DNA of 64,000 nucleotides from Candidatus Latescibacterota bacterium (GTDB lineage: Bacteria; Latescibacterota; CBDEFO01), in NCBI GenBank assembly GCA_965248755.1, contig OZ252149.1, forward strand, positions 3,264,001 to 3,328,000, read 5' to 3'. Of this stretch, positions 11,670 through 22,140 are shown piece by piece. The stretch's first letter is position 1. Each line of letters starts with the position of its first letter. A model generated the notes under the pieces. It saw only the letters and a list, made by a program, of their open reading frames with translations. It had not been told where the DNA came from and searched no databases. Position numbers and translations under genes: made by a program.

Positions 11670-14600
11670 TAGTATATCCCTTCTTCGACGATATGGAAAG
11701 GGGCCCACGCACCTGGATGCCGGGCGGTACCTGGGCACAGACAACGGAGGACGCCCACAGCGGAAGCGTCAGCTGGACAGACAGCCCCGGCACTTCTTAT
11801 GCAACCAATGCGAGCGTTACCTTAACGTTGCCGATGACATTGGTCGGTGCATCCAGGCCCGAGTTGAGTTTCTGGCACAAGTATAGTCTTGAGCAGGCTA
11901 CCTCCGGCAATCAAGGAGATTTTGGCTATGTGCGCATTTCGTCTGACGCTGGCGCAAAATTTTTCTCTTATTACACGATAACTGGGGCAAGCGATTGGGT
12001 TCAGGAGAAGATAGATCTGACTCCGTGGAGAGGACGGGAGATACTTGTCCAATTCTGGCTCTGGACGGATAGCGATGCCACAGTTGGAGACGGATGGCAT
12101 ATAGACGATGTGAGTGTAGGCGAGACGGAGACACCTCCCTTGGGCGGACTGCCCTTTTTTGACGATGCCAACGACGACACGACCACCAATATGTACTGGC
12201 AATCGTCCACATTCGAGTTGATAGAAAGCGGGAGTTTTGACGGGAGTCAGTACTGGCACTCCAGTCCCAGGACGCAGAATCACAGTGGGCCCGCTGTCTA
12301 CCGTACATTTGCGCGTACGACCTTGGCAAATGAGATAGATTTGAATGGGACGATAAATCCTCAGTTAGTCTTCTGGCATTCTGTCAATCGGTATGGTGCT
12401 ACCTACTATGTTCAGATATCACAGGATGGTGGTCTCAACTGGTCTACTCTGTTTAGTACGACCACTAGTACCGGTTGGACGCAGAAGCAGTTGAATCTGT
12501 CGGGTTACATAAATCAGAAGATACGCATAAGGTTTTATGTATCGAATAGCTATTACACCGATCGCTGGCTTGTGGATAATGTGCGGATCAGGGAGGCTCC
12601 TGTGGATGTTGTGCTTCAGCCACCTGCGTTGATGCTGCCTGTGGACTTAGGACGTCACAATTTCCAGTTGACCTGGAGTAAGACACAAGATCCCAAGTTC
12701 TTGCGTTATGACGTCAGAAGGAACACGACTTCATCTGTGAGTAGGAGCAGCTCTTTGGTCTTTTCCTCTGCTGATCCTTCGGACACAAGTTTTGTAGATA
12801 TTCCGAGTGTTTCCGGGACGTATTACTATCGGGTCTTTTCGGAGGATTCGACCAATGTATTGAGTATAGGCAGCAACACTGTTTCTGGGACAAACACGTC
12901 AGCTGATGTCAGTTCATATCCGTTTTATGACGGTATGGAGGCTGGCTCCGGAAATTGGAATTGGGATCTACCCTGGGGAGTATCAGAGGGGGCAGCATAC
13001 ACCGACAGTCTCGGTTGGAGCGACAGCCCCGGGAAATTCTATGAGCCTAATGCCAGCAAGACCCTTACGCTTCCCATAAACCTACAGGGTTCAAATAAGC
13101 CCGAGTTGAGCTTCTGGCACAAGTATAGCCTTGAGCAGGCTACACCCAGCAATCAGGGGGATTTTGTCTACGTTCGCATTTCGTCTGATGGCGGGGCCAA
13201 CTTTTACCCTTATTATACGGAGACTGGGTCGAGCGATTGGGTCCATGAGAAGATAGACCTGACTCCCTGGAGGGGTCTGGTGGTCCTTGTTCAATTCTGG
13301 CTGTGGGCGGATGGAGATGCCGCAGTTGGGGACGGATGGTTCATAGACAATATAAGGATAGATGAGACGACCACCGGTCCCCTGGGCGGGATACCATTTT
13401 TTGACGATGTGAACGACGACACGACCACGAATATGTACTGGCAATCGTCCACATTCGAGTTGATAGAAGGCGGGAGCTTTGACGGGAGTCAGTACTGGCA
13501 CTCCAGTCCCAGGACTCAGAATCACAGTGGCTCCAGTGTCTACCGCACATTTGCGCGTATAACCTTGGCCAATGAGATAGATTTGACTGGTACACGAAAT
13601 CCTCAGTTAGTCTTCTGGCATTCTATCAATCGCTACGGCGCTACCTATTACGTGCAGATCTCACAGGACAACGGTGTCAATTGGTCTACTTTGTTTAGTT
13701 CGACCACAAGTACCGGCTGGACACAGCAGCAGTTAAATCTGTCAGGCTATATCAATCAGCAGGTACGCATAAGGTTTTATGTATCAAATAGCTATTACAC
13801 CGACCGCTGGATTGTGGACAATATATGGGTCAGGGAGGCCCCTGTGGATGTTGTTTTACAGGATCCTACGGAGATAGACCGCCATAGTCTCAGGATGACC
13901 TGGAGCAAGTCCCCAGATCCAAAGTTTCTGCGTTATGAGGTCAGAAGAAATACGAGTTCATCTGTAAGCAGGAGCAATACTTTGGCCTTTTCCTCGGTAG
14001 ATCCTTCGGACACCAGTTTCGTGGATGCGGTCACAGTTTCCGGAACGAACTATTATCGGGTCTTTGTTGTGGATTCGACCAATGTGGTCAGCTTGGGCAG
14101 TAACGTTGTCTCGGGGACAAACTTACTTGCCAGTCAGAGTTCGTATCCGCTTTACGACGGTATGGAGGAGGGTCCTTTCAATTGGAATTGGGATCTTCCC
14201 TGGGAGGTATCAAGTGAAGCTGCATACAGGGACAGCTTGGGCTGGAGCGACAGCCCCGGGAGATCCTACGCGACCAATGCCAGCAAGACTCTTACGCTTT
14301 CGATGAATCTTTCGCTATCCAACAAGCCACAGTTGAGCTTCTGGCACAAGTATAGTCTTGAGCAGGCTACACCCAGCAATCAGGGAGATTTTGGCTATGT
14401 GCGTATCTCTTCAGACGCTGGGGCAAACTTTTACCCTTATTACACGATAACTGGGGCAAGCGATTGGGTTCAGGAGAAGATAGATCTGACTCCGTGGAGG
14501 GGGCGGGAGATACTCGTGCAATTCTGGCTCAGGGCAGATAGCGATGCCACAGTTGGAAACGGATGGTTCATAGACGATATAAGGATAGATGAGACTACCA

Positions 14601-15065
14601 CAGGCCCGTTGGGAGGGCTGCCGTTCTTGGACGATGTGAACGACGACACGACCACAAATATGTACTGGCAATCGTCCACATTCGAATTGATAGAAAGCGG
14701 GAGTCATGATGGGAGTCAGTATTGGCACTCCAGTCCCAGGACTCAGAATCACAGTGGGTCGGGTTTCTACCGCACATTTGCACGTATGACGTTAGCCAAT
14801 GAGATAGATTTAACAGGGGCGCAGAACCCTCAGTTAGTCTTTAGGCATTCTATCAATCGCTATGGTGCAACCTACTATGTTCAGATATCGCAGGACGGGG
14901 GTCTCAATTGGGCTACTTTATTTAGCACTACGACCAGTACGGCTTGGGCGGAGAAGAAGCTGAGTTTGGCCGGTTACATAAATCAGAAGATACGAGTAAG
15001 GTTTTATATTTCCAACAGCTATTACACTGATCGCTGGCTTATAGATAATATACAGGTCAGGGAAG
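11670..15065 (+). repeat. Three ~1.23-1.24 kb coding repeats (two beta-sandwiches + FN3-like)
   Basis: DD.NDDTTTNMYWQSSTFELIE block recurs at ~12161, ~13403, ~14630. Confidence 0.9.
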
Positions 15066-17654
15066 ATCCTGCGGCTACGGCTATTGTGGATTTTGCAACG
15101 GTAGATTTCCCGAATGTTGCTTCCGCTGCGGTCGGGAACCCCACCGGAAGGATTTAGGGATCTGTCTTTGAGCCGGGGATAACCGACGCTACCGGCCAGG
15201 GTGCGGGCTTGATGGCTCAGTTGGGCTACGGTCCAGAGGGTGTCCAGCCGAGAGATTCCTCCTGGACATGGCCCGTAACGGCCACTTACCTGGGCGATTC
15301 GGGGAACAGAGATGTCTATTTCGGAATCTTGAACGTCGGGACTTTAGGCACCTTCGATTTCGCCTTCAGGTTCTCCATAAACGGCGGAGTCAACTGGATC
15401 TTTGCCGATACGGACGGGAACGACATAGGCTCTGGAGGGACGAACGGATACCGTGTAAATAAGGCCGGAAAGCTCGTAGTCACCGAGCGGCCGGAAATAT
15501 CTGTGAACGTGTCTGAGTTGGTTTTATCGCTGCCTGAGAACCTGACGGGCAACAGGGCGTTCGGGATCGAGAATAGTGGCGTCGGGTCGCTTGTGCTGAC
15601 CATAAGCGAGGCAGATACTCTGCCGCCCACGCCTACAGACGTGACGTGGATCTCCGTTGCGAGCAATCTGATAGTAAACGCCAATGAGAGGAAGAGCCTG
15701 GTGGTGACGTTCGATGCCACGGGAATGACCTCAGGCTCGATAGACACCGCTTATGTGGTGCTGGATACAAACGATCCTGATGAACCCAGGATCATAATCA
15801 GGGTGATACTCAGGGTCCTGGATCCCAGCGTTACACAGCTTGTGGGCCTCGTAAAAGATGTCTTTGGCCGTCCCGTGTCTCAATTGTCCGGTACCCTCGG
15901 TTCTGCTTTTGTGCCCTTCGCCACCATTCAGGTGTTCGACAGCGGCAGCCTAATTGCCGAGACGGCGGCAGGGGACGACGGGCTCTATGCGTTCTACGGC
16001 TTATCTACAGGTAATTACGACCTGAGAGCGTACGCCGATGGCTTCTTCCCGAGCCTTACAAAAGACCAGGTTGTTCCGGCCGCCGGGGCGAATATTACTA
16101 TGCATGGAGTCCATAAGATTGCACCCACCAGCCAGTGGGTCGACTTCTGGAGTCCGAACTCCTTCTATGGCGGCCAACCGATACAGAACGGCGACGTTGT
16201 ATCTGTCCGCGACCCTGACGGTGTGGTCGCTGGCACCTTTACCGTAAGGGCGGACAGTTCATACGGTTTCATGCCGGTCTACAGGGATGACATTACCACG
16301 CCTGAGGACGAGGGAGCAGAGCCCGGAGACACATTGAGCTTTTACGTCAACGACTTTATAGCGACAGTCGTGTCCGGTGACCCAGTGTGGAGGGCAGACG
16401 GGGCTATAGAGCAAGTCGATCTTTCCGCCGCAGAGCGGGATACGATGACATTAAGGAGCGGATTCAACCTTATTTCGTTCAACGTAGATCCCCCGGACAA
16501 GTCCGTGTCGGCGGTCCTTTCGACGATAGACGGCAAGTTCAATTTGGTCAGGGGCTTCGTAGGATCAGGACGAACCTACGTTCCGGGTATGGATCTGTTC
16601 AACACGTTGACCTCTATGGACGGTCTGCACGGATACTGGGTCAAGATGGATACGACGGCTCTTCTGACCGTAGAGGGCCAGAAGATATACGACGATACGT
16701 TCCTTTCTCTTGCAGGGGGGTGGAACTCTCTAAGCTATCTCCCTGAGACTCCTGATTCCACAGAGTCGGCGCTGTCTTCGATAATAGGTCTAATAGGAGT
16801 GGTTAGCGGGTTCGAGGATGGCGCTATGACGTTTGTCCCCGGAAGCCCGTTCAACGATCTTACTCTTATGAAAAATAACCTCGGATATTTCATAAGGACG
16901 ATAGCGCCTACTGCTCTCAACTATCGGATCAAAGGTGCTCCCTCGGCGAAGTTTCTTCCCGGTCCGGATATTATAGCATATCAACCTGAGGGAGTCAACC
17001 CCCGATTAAATCTCTCGGGGGTGAACCCCACCGTCTGGTGGTCTGACTACTACGGATCTGTAACTATGAACGGATCCGATCTTCCCGCAGGGTCCATTAT
17101 AGAGGCCTACGATCCTGATGGGGTAAAGGCTGGAGAGTTTGTGATTGACAATGACGGTCTCTTCGGCTTTATGCCTGTCTACGGCGACGATCCGAGCACA
17201 TCGATAGACGAAGGAGCAGAGCCCGGAGATGTCATAAGCTTCTATTTTGATGGGCGTTTGATTGCAAAGACGGACGGTGAGAAAGTGAGATGGTTTTCAG
17301 GGGGCGAGATAAACAGGCTCGACATAGTCTTTGAAAGCGCCGGCCATGCTCTCGGCGAATCGGGGGCACCCAGGGAATACGACCTCTATCAGAACTTCCC
17401 GAATCCGTTCAATCCGGAGACGACTATAGAATACGAGGTTCCCAAAGCAGGCGAGGTGGCGATTGCAGTCTATAGCGTGTCGGGACAGGAGATAAAAGTG
17501 CTTGTTGATGAACAAAAGGAAGCCGGATTCTACTCGGCTGTATGGAACGGCCGGGACAGCAAAGGTAGGGTAGCAGCCAGCGGGGTCTATGTCTACAAGA
17601 TGGAAGCCGGGGAATTTACGAAGGTCCGCAAAATGATACTCATCAAGTAAGTAG

Positions 17655-17860
17655 CCCCCGATTGAATCTATCGGGGGTGACAGGGCATCTCTGCTTCTTC
17701 TTGACTACTGTCTACGAGATTGCTTCGCTTCGCTCGCATTGACAATGACACTGTTTGGCTTTTGCCTTCAGTAGGACAGACAGGAATGTCTGTCCTACCA
17801 ACCACCCGGTGGGTCAGACATTCCTGTCTGACGAAGCAATCTCACCTGTCTACTGACTAC
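17655..17860. repeat. Intergenic REP cluster (families C, B, A)
   Basis: CCCCCGATTGAATCTATCGGGGG; GAGATTGCTTCGCTTCGCTCGCA; family A doublet. Confidence 0.75.
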
Positions 17861-17879
17861 CGTATTTGAAAGGTCCAAT

Positions 17880-19472
17880 ATGCGTCTTTTTACAGCTTCT
17901 ATCGTGATTATAGCTTTTCTTGTTCCCTTATCGTCGTCCGCCGATGATTTTGCAAAGACGGACAGGTGGACGGACTACTTCAGCGACAACAGCAATGTAG
18001 CTACGTCTCCCATCTCCGTAGGATCGGTCATCGAGGCGCTCGATCCGGACAGTGTTCTCTGCGGACGCTTTGTAGTGGTGCAGGAGGGATTCTACGGCTT
18101 TTTGCACGTCTACGGGGATGATCCTACGACTCCCGACATAGATGAGGGAGCGGTCGATGGCGATCCCATCAGCTTTTACGTAAACGGTGAATTTGCCGGT
18201 GCCACACCGCCTGAAAGTGCGTGGGGGGTTGGTAATCCGGGGGGAATATTCCAGGTGGATCTTCCTTCAGGGGGAGGTGTGCGAGTGTTTCCCGACTCTC
18301 TGGACTTCGGAGACGTGACAGAGAGCGATTCTCTGGATTTGAACCTGATTATATCCAACTTGGGAACAGAAGACCGTTCCTTAGACAGTCTGGTCCTCTT
18401 GCCATCTCCTTTTTCTATCGTCTCACTATCCCCTGCAGTTCCGGGTGTCCTACCTCCTGGCGGAAGCGTAACTGCCAGAATAAGGTTTAAGCCGCCTGAT
18501 CCGGGCGTATTTGCTTCTGTGATTAGGGTTCACAGCGATGACCCGGTGTCTCCCGTGTTGGATGTGGAGCTTAAGGGAAGGGGACTGGTCAGGCTTGGAG
18601 ATGTCAGCCACAACAACAGAGTGACAGCGTTCGATGCCTCTTTAGTCTTGAGGCATGCAGTGGGGTCTTTGTTCCTTGCGGAACGGGACTCTATAGCGGC
18701 AGATGTCACGGGCAAAGGAGGGATAAGCTCGCTCGATGCGGCCTATATACTAAGGTTTGTAGTCGGTCTTATAGACAGGTTTCCTGTGGAAGAGGGAGGT
18801 GTAGTCAAGCCCCTCTTTTGGGTTAAATCAATCGGCCTCGGTGAATCTGAAAAAGACGGCAAGAGCGTTTCGATCCCTATTATCATAGACGATATGGAGG
18901 GGATATTGGGCGCGGAGATTTCGGTATCGTTGGACGGGACAGCTTTCAGGTTTTTAGAAGTGGTAAAGGGCGACTTAGGTGGTGAATTTTTGATGGAGAG
19001 CCGTGTAGATGACGGCAACATCAAGATAGCCTTTGCAGGGCCTTGGTCATTAGAGGGTAGGAGAGTTATAGCGTGGATAACGGTGGAAGACCAGAATGAC
19101 GAGCACGACATAAGTGGAATATCTTTATCTGGCGCCCGTTTCAACGAAGGAGATATAGAGGTTCATCTTCTGCTTTATGAAGGGATGCTTCCTTATGAGC
19201 ATAGACTATCTCAGAACTATCCCAATCCTTTCAACCCCCAGACAACAATTCGCTATGATCTTACGGAATCTGGCAGAGTGCGTCTTTACGTTTACAATAC
19301 AGATGGACAGAGGATAAGAACACTGATAGAGGAGAATCAAGGAGTGGGCGGGCATTCTGTCATATGGGACGGGAAGGATGAAAAAGGCAACAAAGTCGCA
19401 AGCGGGGTCTACATCTACAGATTAGTCTTGGAGGGCTTCGAAGCTTCCGGGAAGATGATCCTCCTTCGTTGA
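17880..19472 (+). CDS. Secreted protein: 'DEGA' domain + ASH/Ig-like + dockerin + cohesin-like + FlgD/T9SS-like C-terminal domain
   Basis: Signal peptide; GDVSHNNRVTAFDA..ADVTGKGGISSLDA duplicated Ca-loop; SIPIIIDDMEGILGAEI cohesin-like; QNYPNPFNP. Confidence 0.8.
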   Translation: MRLFTASIVIIAFLVPLSSSADDFAKTDRWTDYFSDNSNVATSPISVGSVIEALDPDSVLCGRFVVVQEGFYGFLHVYGDDPTTPDIDEGAVDGDPISFYVNGEFAGATPPESAWGVGNPGGIFQVDLPSGGGVRVFPDSLDFGDVTESDSLDLNLIISNLGTEDRSLDSLVLLPSPFSIVSLSPAVPGVLPPGGSVTARIRFKPPDPGVFASVIRVHSDDPVSPVLDVELKGRGLVRLGDVSHNNRVTAFDASLVLRHAVGSLFLAERDSIAADVTGKGGISSLDAAYILRFVVGLIDRFPVEEGGVVKPLFWVKSIGLGESEKDGKSVSIPIIIDDMEGILGAEISVSLDGTAFRFLEVVKGDLGGEFLMESRVDDGNIKIAFAGPWSLEGRRVIAWITVEDQNDEHDISGISLSGARFNEGDIEVHLLLYEGMLPYEHRLSQNYPNPFNPQTTIRYDLTESGRVRLYVYNTDGQRIRTLIEENQGVGGHSVIWDGKDEKGNKVASGVYIYRLVLEGFEASGKMILLR

Positions 19473-19505
19473 CGCCCGATAGATTCAATCAGGGGTTGAC
19501 TTGAG

Positions 19506-20294
19506 CTACCATTTAAGGAATTTCCTGAGCCTTCTGGAGTGCGCGCGGCTCAAGGGGATGCGGGACTTCTCCTTATCGGACATCTTGAGCTGATGTGTGC
19601 CGCTAAACCAGGGTATGATCTCTTCTATTTTATTTATGTTGGCAATGTAACTTCTGTGCACCCTCCAGAACTTGGTCGGATCCAGGGCTGATTCGAGTTC
19701 GTCCAGAGTCCGATAGCCTGTTGTCCCTTCTCCATCCTCGGTAACAGCGTTCACTATTCCATCCAGAACTTGGGTATAGATGATCTTATCCACGTCTATT
19801 ACCCTAAGATGTCCCCCCATATTTACGGACAGCCGCGGGAGGTAATGACTCTTCAGGGATAAGGCCTCCTTATCCCTCAGTGAGTTGACAAGACTATTGA
19901 TCTTTTCGGCCATGTAGTCTATTTGGCCCATCTGGTCCTTGACCCTCCCTATGGATTGCTGGAGTCTTTCCTTGTCCACTATGGGCTTTAAAAGATAGTC
20001 TATAGCGTTGACTTCGAAGGCTTTCAGGGCGTATTCGTCGTAGGCTGTGACGAAGATTACATAGGGCGCGTCCTTGGAAAGCTCCAATTCCTCCGCCACA
20101 CTCAATCCGTTACCACCAGGCATCTGGATGTCCAGAAATACCAGATCGGGCTGGAGTTCCCGGATAAGTTCAAATGTCTCGATCCCGTTGGTAGCCTGTC
20201 CCACGACCTTAATATCGGGGATGGACTTGAGGAGATAGCAGAGTTCGTCCCTTGCTAACTTCTCATCATCGACTACTATCGTCCTTATCTCCAA
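19506..20294 (-). CDS. LytTR-family response regulator
   Basis: VVDDE, FLDIQMP, DYLLKP; FWRVHRSYIAN LytTR motif. Confidence 0.95.
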   Translation of the reverse strand: MEIRTIVVDDEKLARDELCYLLKSIPDIKVVGQATNGIETFELIRELQPDLVFLDIQMPGGNGLSVAEELELSKDAPYVIFVTAYDEYALKAFEVNAIDYLLKPIVDKERLQQSIGRVKDQMGQIDYMAEKINSLVNSLRDKEALSLKSHYLPRLSVNMGGHLRVIDVDKIIYTQVLDGIVNAVTEDGEGTTGYRTLDELESALDPTKFWRVHRSYIANINKIEEIIPWFSGTHQLKMSDKEKSRIPLSRAHSRRLRKFLKW

Positions 20295-21666
20295 CGCTCA
20301 TCATCTCCTGGTTATATTCAACTTTCCCTTTATGCTCCGGAACCCACATTACCACCTGCGTTCCGGCTCCCTTTCGGCTTAGCACCTCCAGCTGGCACTC
20401 CTCCCCGAAGGCGACCTTGAGTCTCTCATTAACGTTGCTGATACCGATTCCCGTCTTTAGGATTCTGGACAATCTCTTCTCGGAGATCCCGGGTCCATTG
20501 TCTTCTATGGAGATGACCACCCTTCCATTTTCTCTCCATGCGGAGATCTTTATCGTTCCCCCCTCAATTTTGGGCGATATTCCGTATTTTACGGAGTTTT
20601 CCACGATAGGCTGGAGAGCCATAGTCGGTATGACGGCGTCTAAGACGTCCGGTTGGATCGCCTTTACGACCCTCAGCTTATCACCTCCGAACCTTATAGT
20701 TTCTATGTCCAGATAGGCATCTATTAAGTCTAATTCCTCCTTGAGAGGCACGAAGTCTTTGTCAGATTTTAGGATCCTTCTGAGTATACTTGAGAGTTTA
20801 AGGACTATAAGGCGTGCTGCTTGGGGGTTTGACCTTATAGAAGACGCGATGGAATTGAGCGTGTTGAAGAGAAAATGCGGGTTGATCTGATTCTTGAGGG
20901 CTTCGAATCTGGCTTCCATAATCAGCACTGCCTGCGCAGAAGTCAGGGCCTTTTGCTGTTCCAGCAGGAGTTCCCACCGGGAACTATTCCATATATTAAG
21001 GGAGACACCCAGACACGAAACAGTGGTCAACAGAACGCACAGGATGATAGGAAGGTCATTACCGAAAGTTGAGAAGCTGAAGAGCAGATCGTCCCCGTAG
21101 CCGCTTATAGACATCCTCAAAAGTTCGAGGAATACGCAGGATGCAAAGATGGTGAGTGTCCGATCCACGGTCTTAAAGCCCGACTTCAAGAATTTCCAGA
21201 GCTTGCCGGACACCAAAGGGGAAAAGTTCCATATCTCTTCTTTATCGTCGCTGAATTCCCTTATAGCGCCACCTGTAAGTCCGCAAAGGATGCCCATCGG
21301 GATGGCCAAAATCTCAGTTGACCCCGCTCCGATGAGGGGCGGAAGGAAAGCCGCCACAAGTCCTGCCGCACAGCCCGCTGCAACTCCTGACCACAATCCG
21401 GCCATAAGGCCGATCAGAAGGGTCCCAACCAGGCTCAGATCTCCGGACTGATAGCCGACCACGATCCTGACTCCTACCCCGAAGGCTAAAAGGACGCTCA
21501 ACAGGCCTGTAAACTTAAGCTGATCCCTGAGGCTCTTGTTCTCCTTAAAGAGTATCCGTTTAAACCACTGCATCTTCAGAAGCGCCCCGGCTAAACTAGC
21601 TATTACGCCTATTCTCAGAAGCAGTGTCACCAGTAACAACTGATCTGGACTTAATCCTGTCTCCAT
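20266..21666 (-). CDS. LytS-family sensor histidine kinase
   Basis: LKNQINPHFLFNTLNSI, LQPIVENSVKYG, DNGPG; N-terminal TM region. Confidence 0.95.
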   Translation of the reverse strand: METGLSPDQLLLVTLLLRIGVIASLAGALLKMQWFKRILFKENKSLRDQLKFTGLLSVLLAFGVGVRIVVGYQSGDLSLVGTLLIGLMAGLWSGVAAGCAAGLVAAFLPPLIGAGSTEILAIPMGILCGLTGGAIREFSDDKEEIWNFSPLVSGKLWKFLKSGFKTVDRTLTIFASCVFLELLRMSISGYGDDLLFSFSTFGNDLPIILCVLLTTVSCLGVSLNIWNSSRWELLLEQQKALTSAQAVLIMEARFEALKNQINPHFLFNTLNSIASSIRSNPQAARLIVLKLSSILRRILKSDKDFVPLKEELDLIDAYLDIETIRFGGDKLRVVKAIQPDVLDAVIPTMALQPIVENSVKYGISPKIEGGTIKISAWRENGRVVISIEDNGPGISEKRLSRILKTGIGISNVNERLKVAFGEECQLEVLSRKGAGTQVVMWVPEHKGKVEYNQEMMSVGDKDDSSR

Positions 21667-21867
21667 AGTTGTCCTTGAAGAGAAAATGGAAGTCTTATTA
21701 TGTCTTATACATTGACCTGTCGTAGCTTATACCACAGTAAGCAACGTATTATAATAGTGCATCGTGCCTGAAAAGTCAAGTACAAAAGAAAAAAGGGGAA
21801 AATCAAAAACATCTCTTGACTTATCAGGTCAAAAGATATAAATTCTATCAACTTCAAAAACTGAATA

Positions 21868-22040
21868 TTGTCGGTTCAGGTGGTCCTTTGGACATAATAG
21901 GGAAGACGGTGAAAGTCCGTCGCGGGCCCGCCGCTGTGACCGGAGACGAAATCCGCTTTTTTTGCCACTGCTTTTTTGTGAGCGGGAAGGCGCGGAGAGT
22001 AGGTCTGAATCCGGGAGCCAGAAAACCTGCCTGAACCTGT
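21868..22040 (+). ncRNA. Cobalamin riboswitch
   Basis: AATAGGGAA..GGTGAAAGTCC, CCCGCCGCTGT, GCCACTG..GGGAAGG, B12 box GAGCCAGAAAACCTGCC; P1 GGTTCAGG/CCTGAACC. Confidence 0.95.
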
Positions 22041-22090
22041 TCCTCGGTAGTCTTCCTCGATAGCAGGAGGTTAAAGGGATAAGTGTACTA

Positions 22091-22129
22091 GCCCCGGCTC
22101 CTTGAAAGAGGAAGTCGGGGTTTTTATTT
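22091..22129 (+). terminator. Riboswitch expression-platform terminator
   Basis: CCCCGGCT...AGTCGGGG + TTTTTATTT just before the gene. Confidence 0.75.
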
Positions 22130-22140
22130 GCATCATACTT

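Larger units (their letters stand above)
8453..17650 (+). pseudogene. Giant modular secreted/surface protein (~3065 codons) split by in-frame TAA 10034-10036 and TAG 15155-15157
   Basis: ORFs 8453-10036, 10115-15157 and 15209-17650 share one frame and domain homology continues through both stops. Architecture: signal peptide, 6 NHL, 4 IPT/TIG, PKD-like, FN3, lectin-like sandwich, 3 long repeats, Ig/transthyretin-like folds, C-terminal FlgD/T9SS-like domain. Confidence 0.8.

Noticed and set aside
11822..14783. Recurrent antisense ORFs (MILRPGTG/MILSPGTG, MDDCQY) and similar shadows of the GSDH pair
   Set aside because: By-products of repeated sense-strand coding sequence
11670..15065. Near-identical repeats as DGR template/variable regions
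   Set aside because: No reverse transcriptase in the window; differences are not evidently adenine-specific; all copies are coding
10034..15157. Alternative genetic code or pyrrolysine explaining the stops
   Set aside because: TAA and TAG terminate conserved genes normally here (groEL TAA, groES TAG); two different codons are involved; no pyl genes seen
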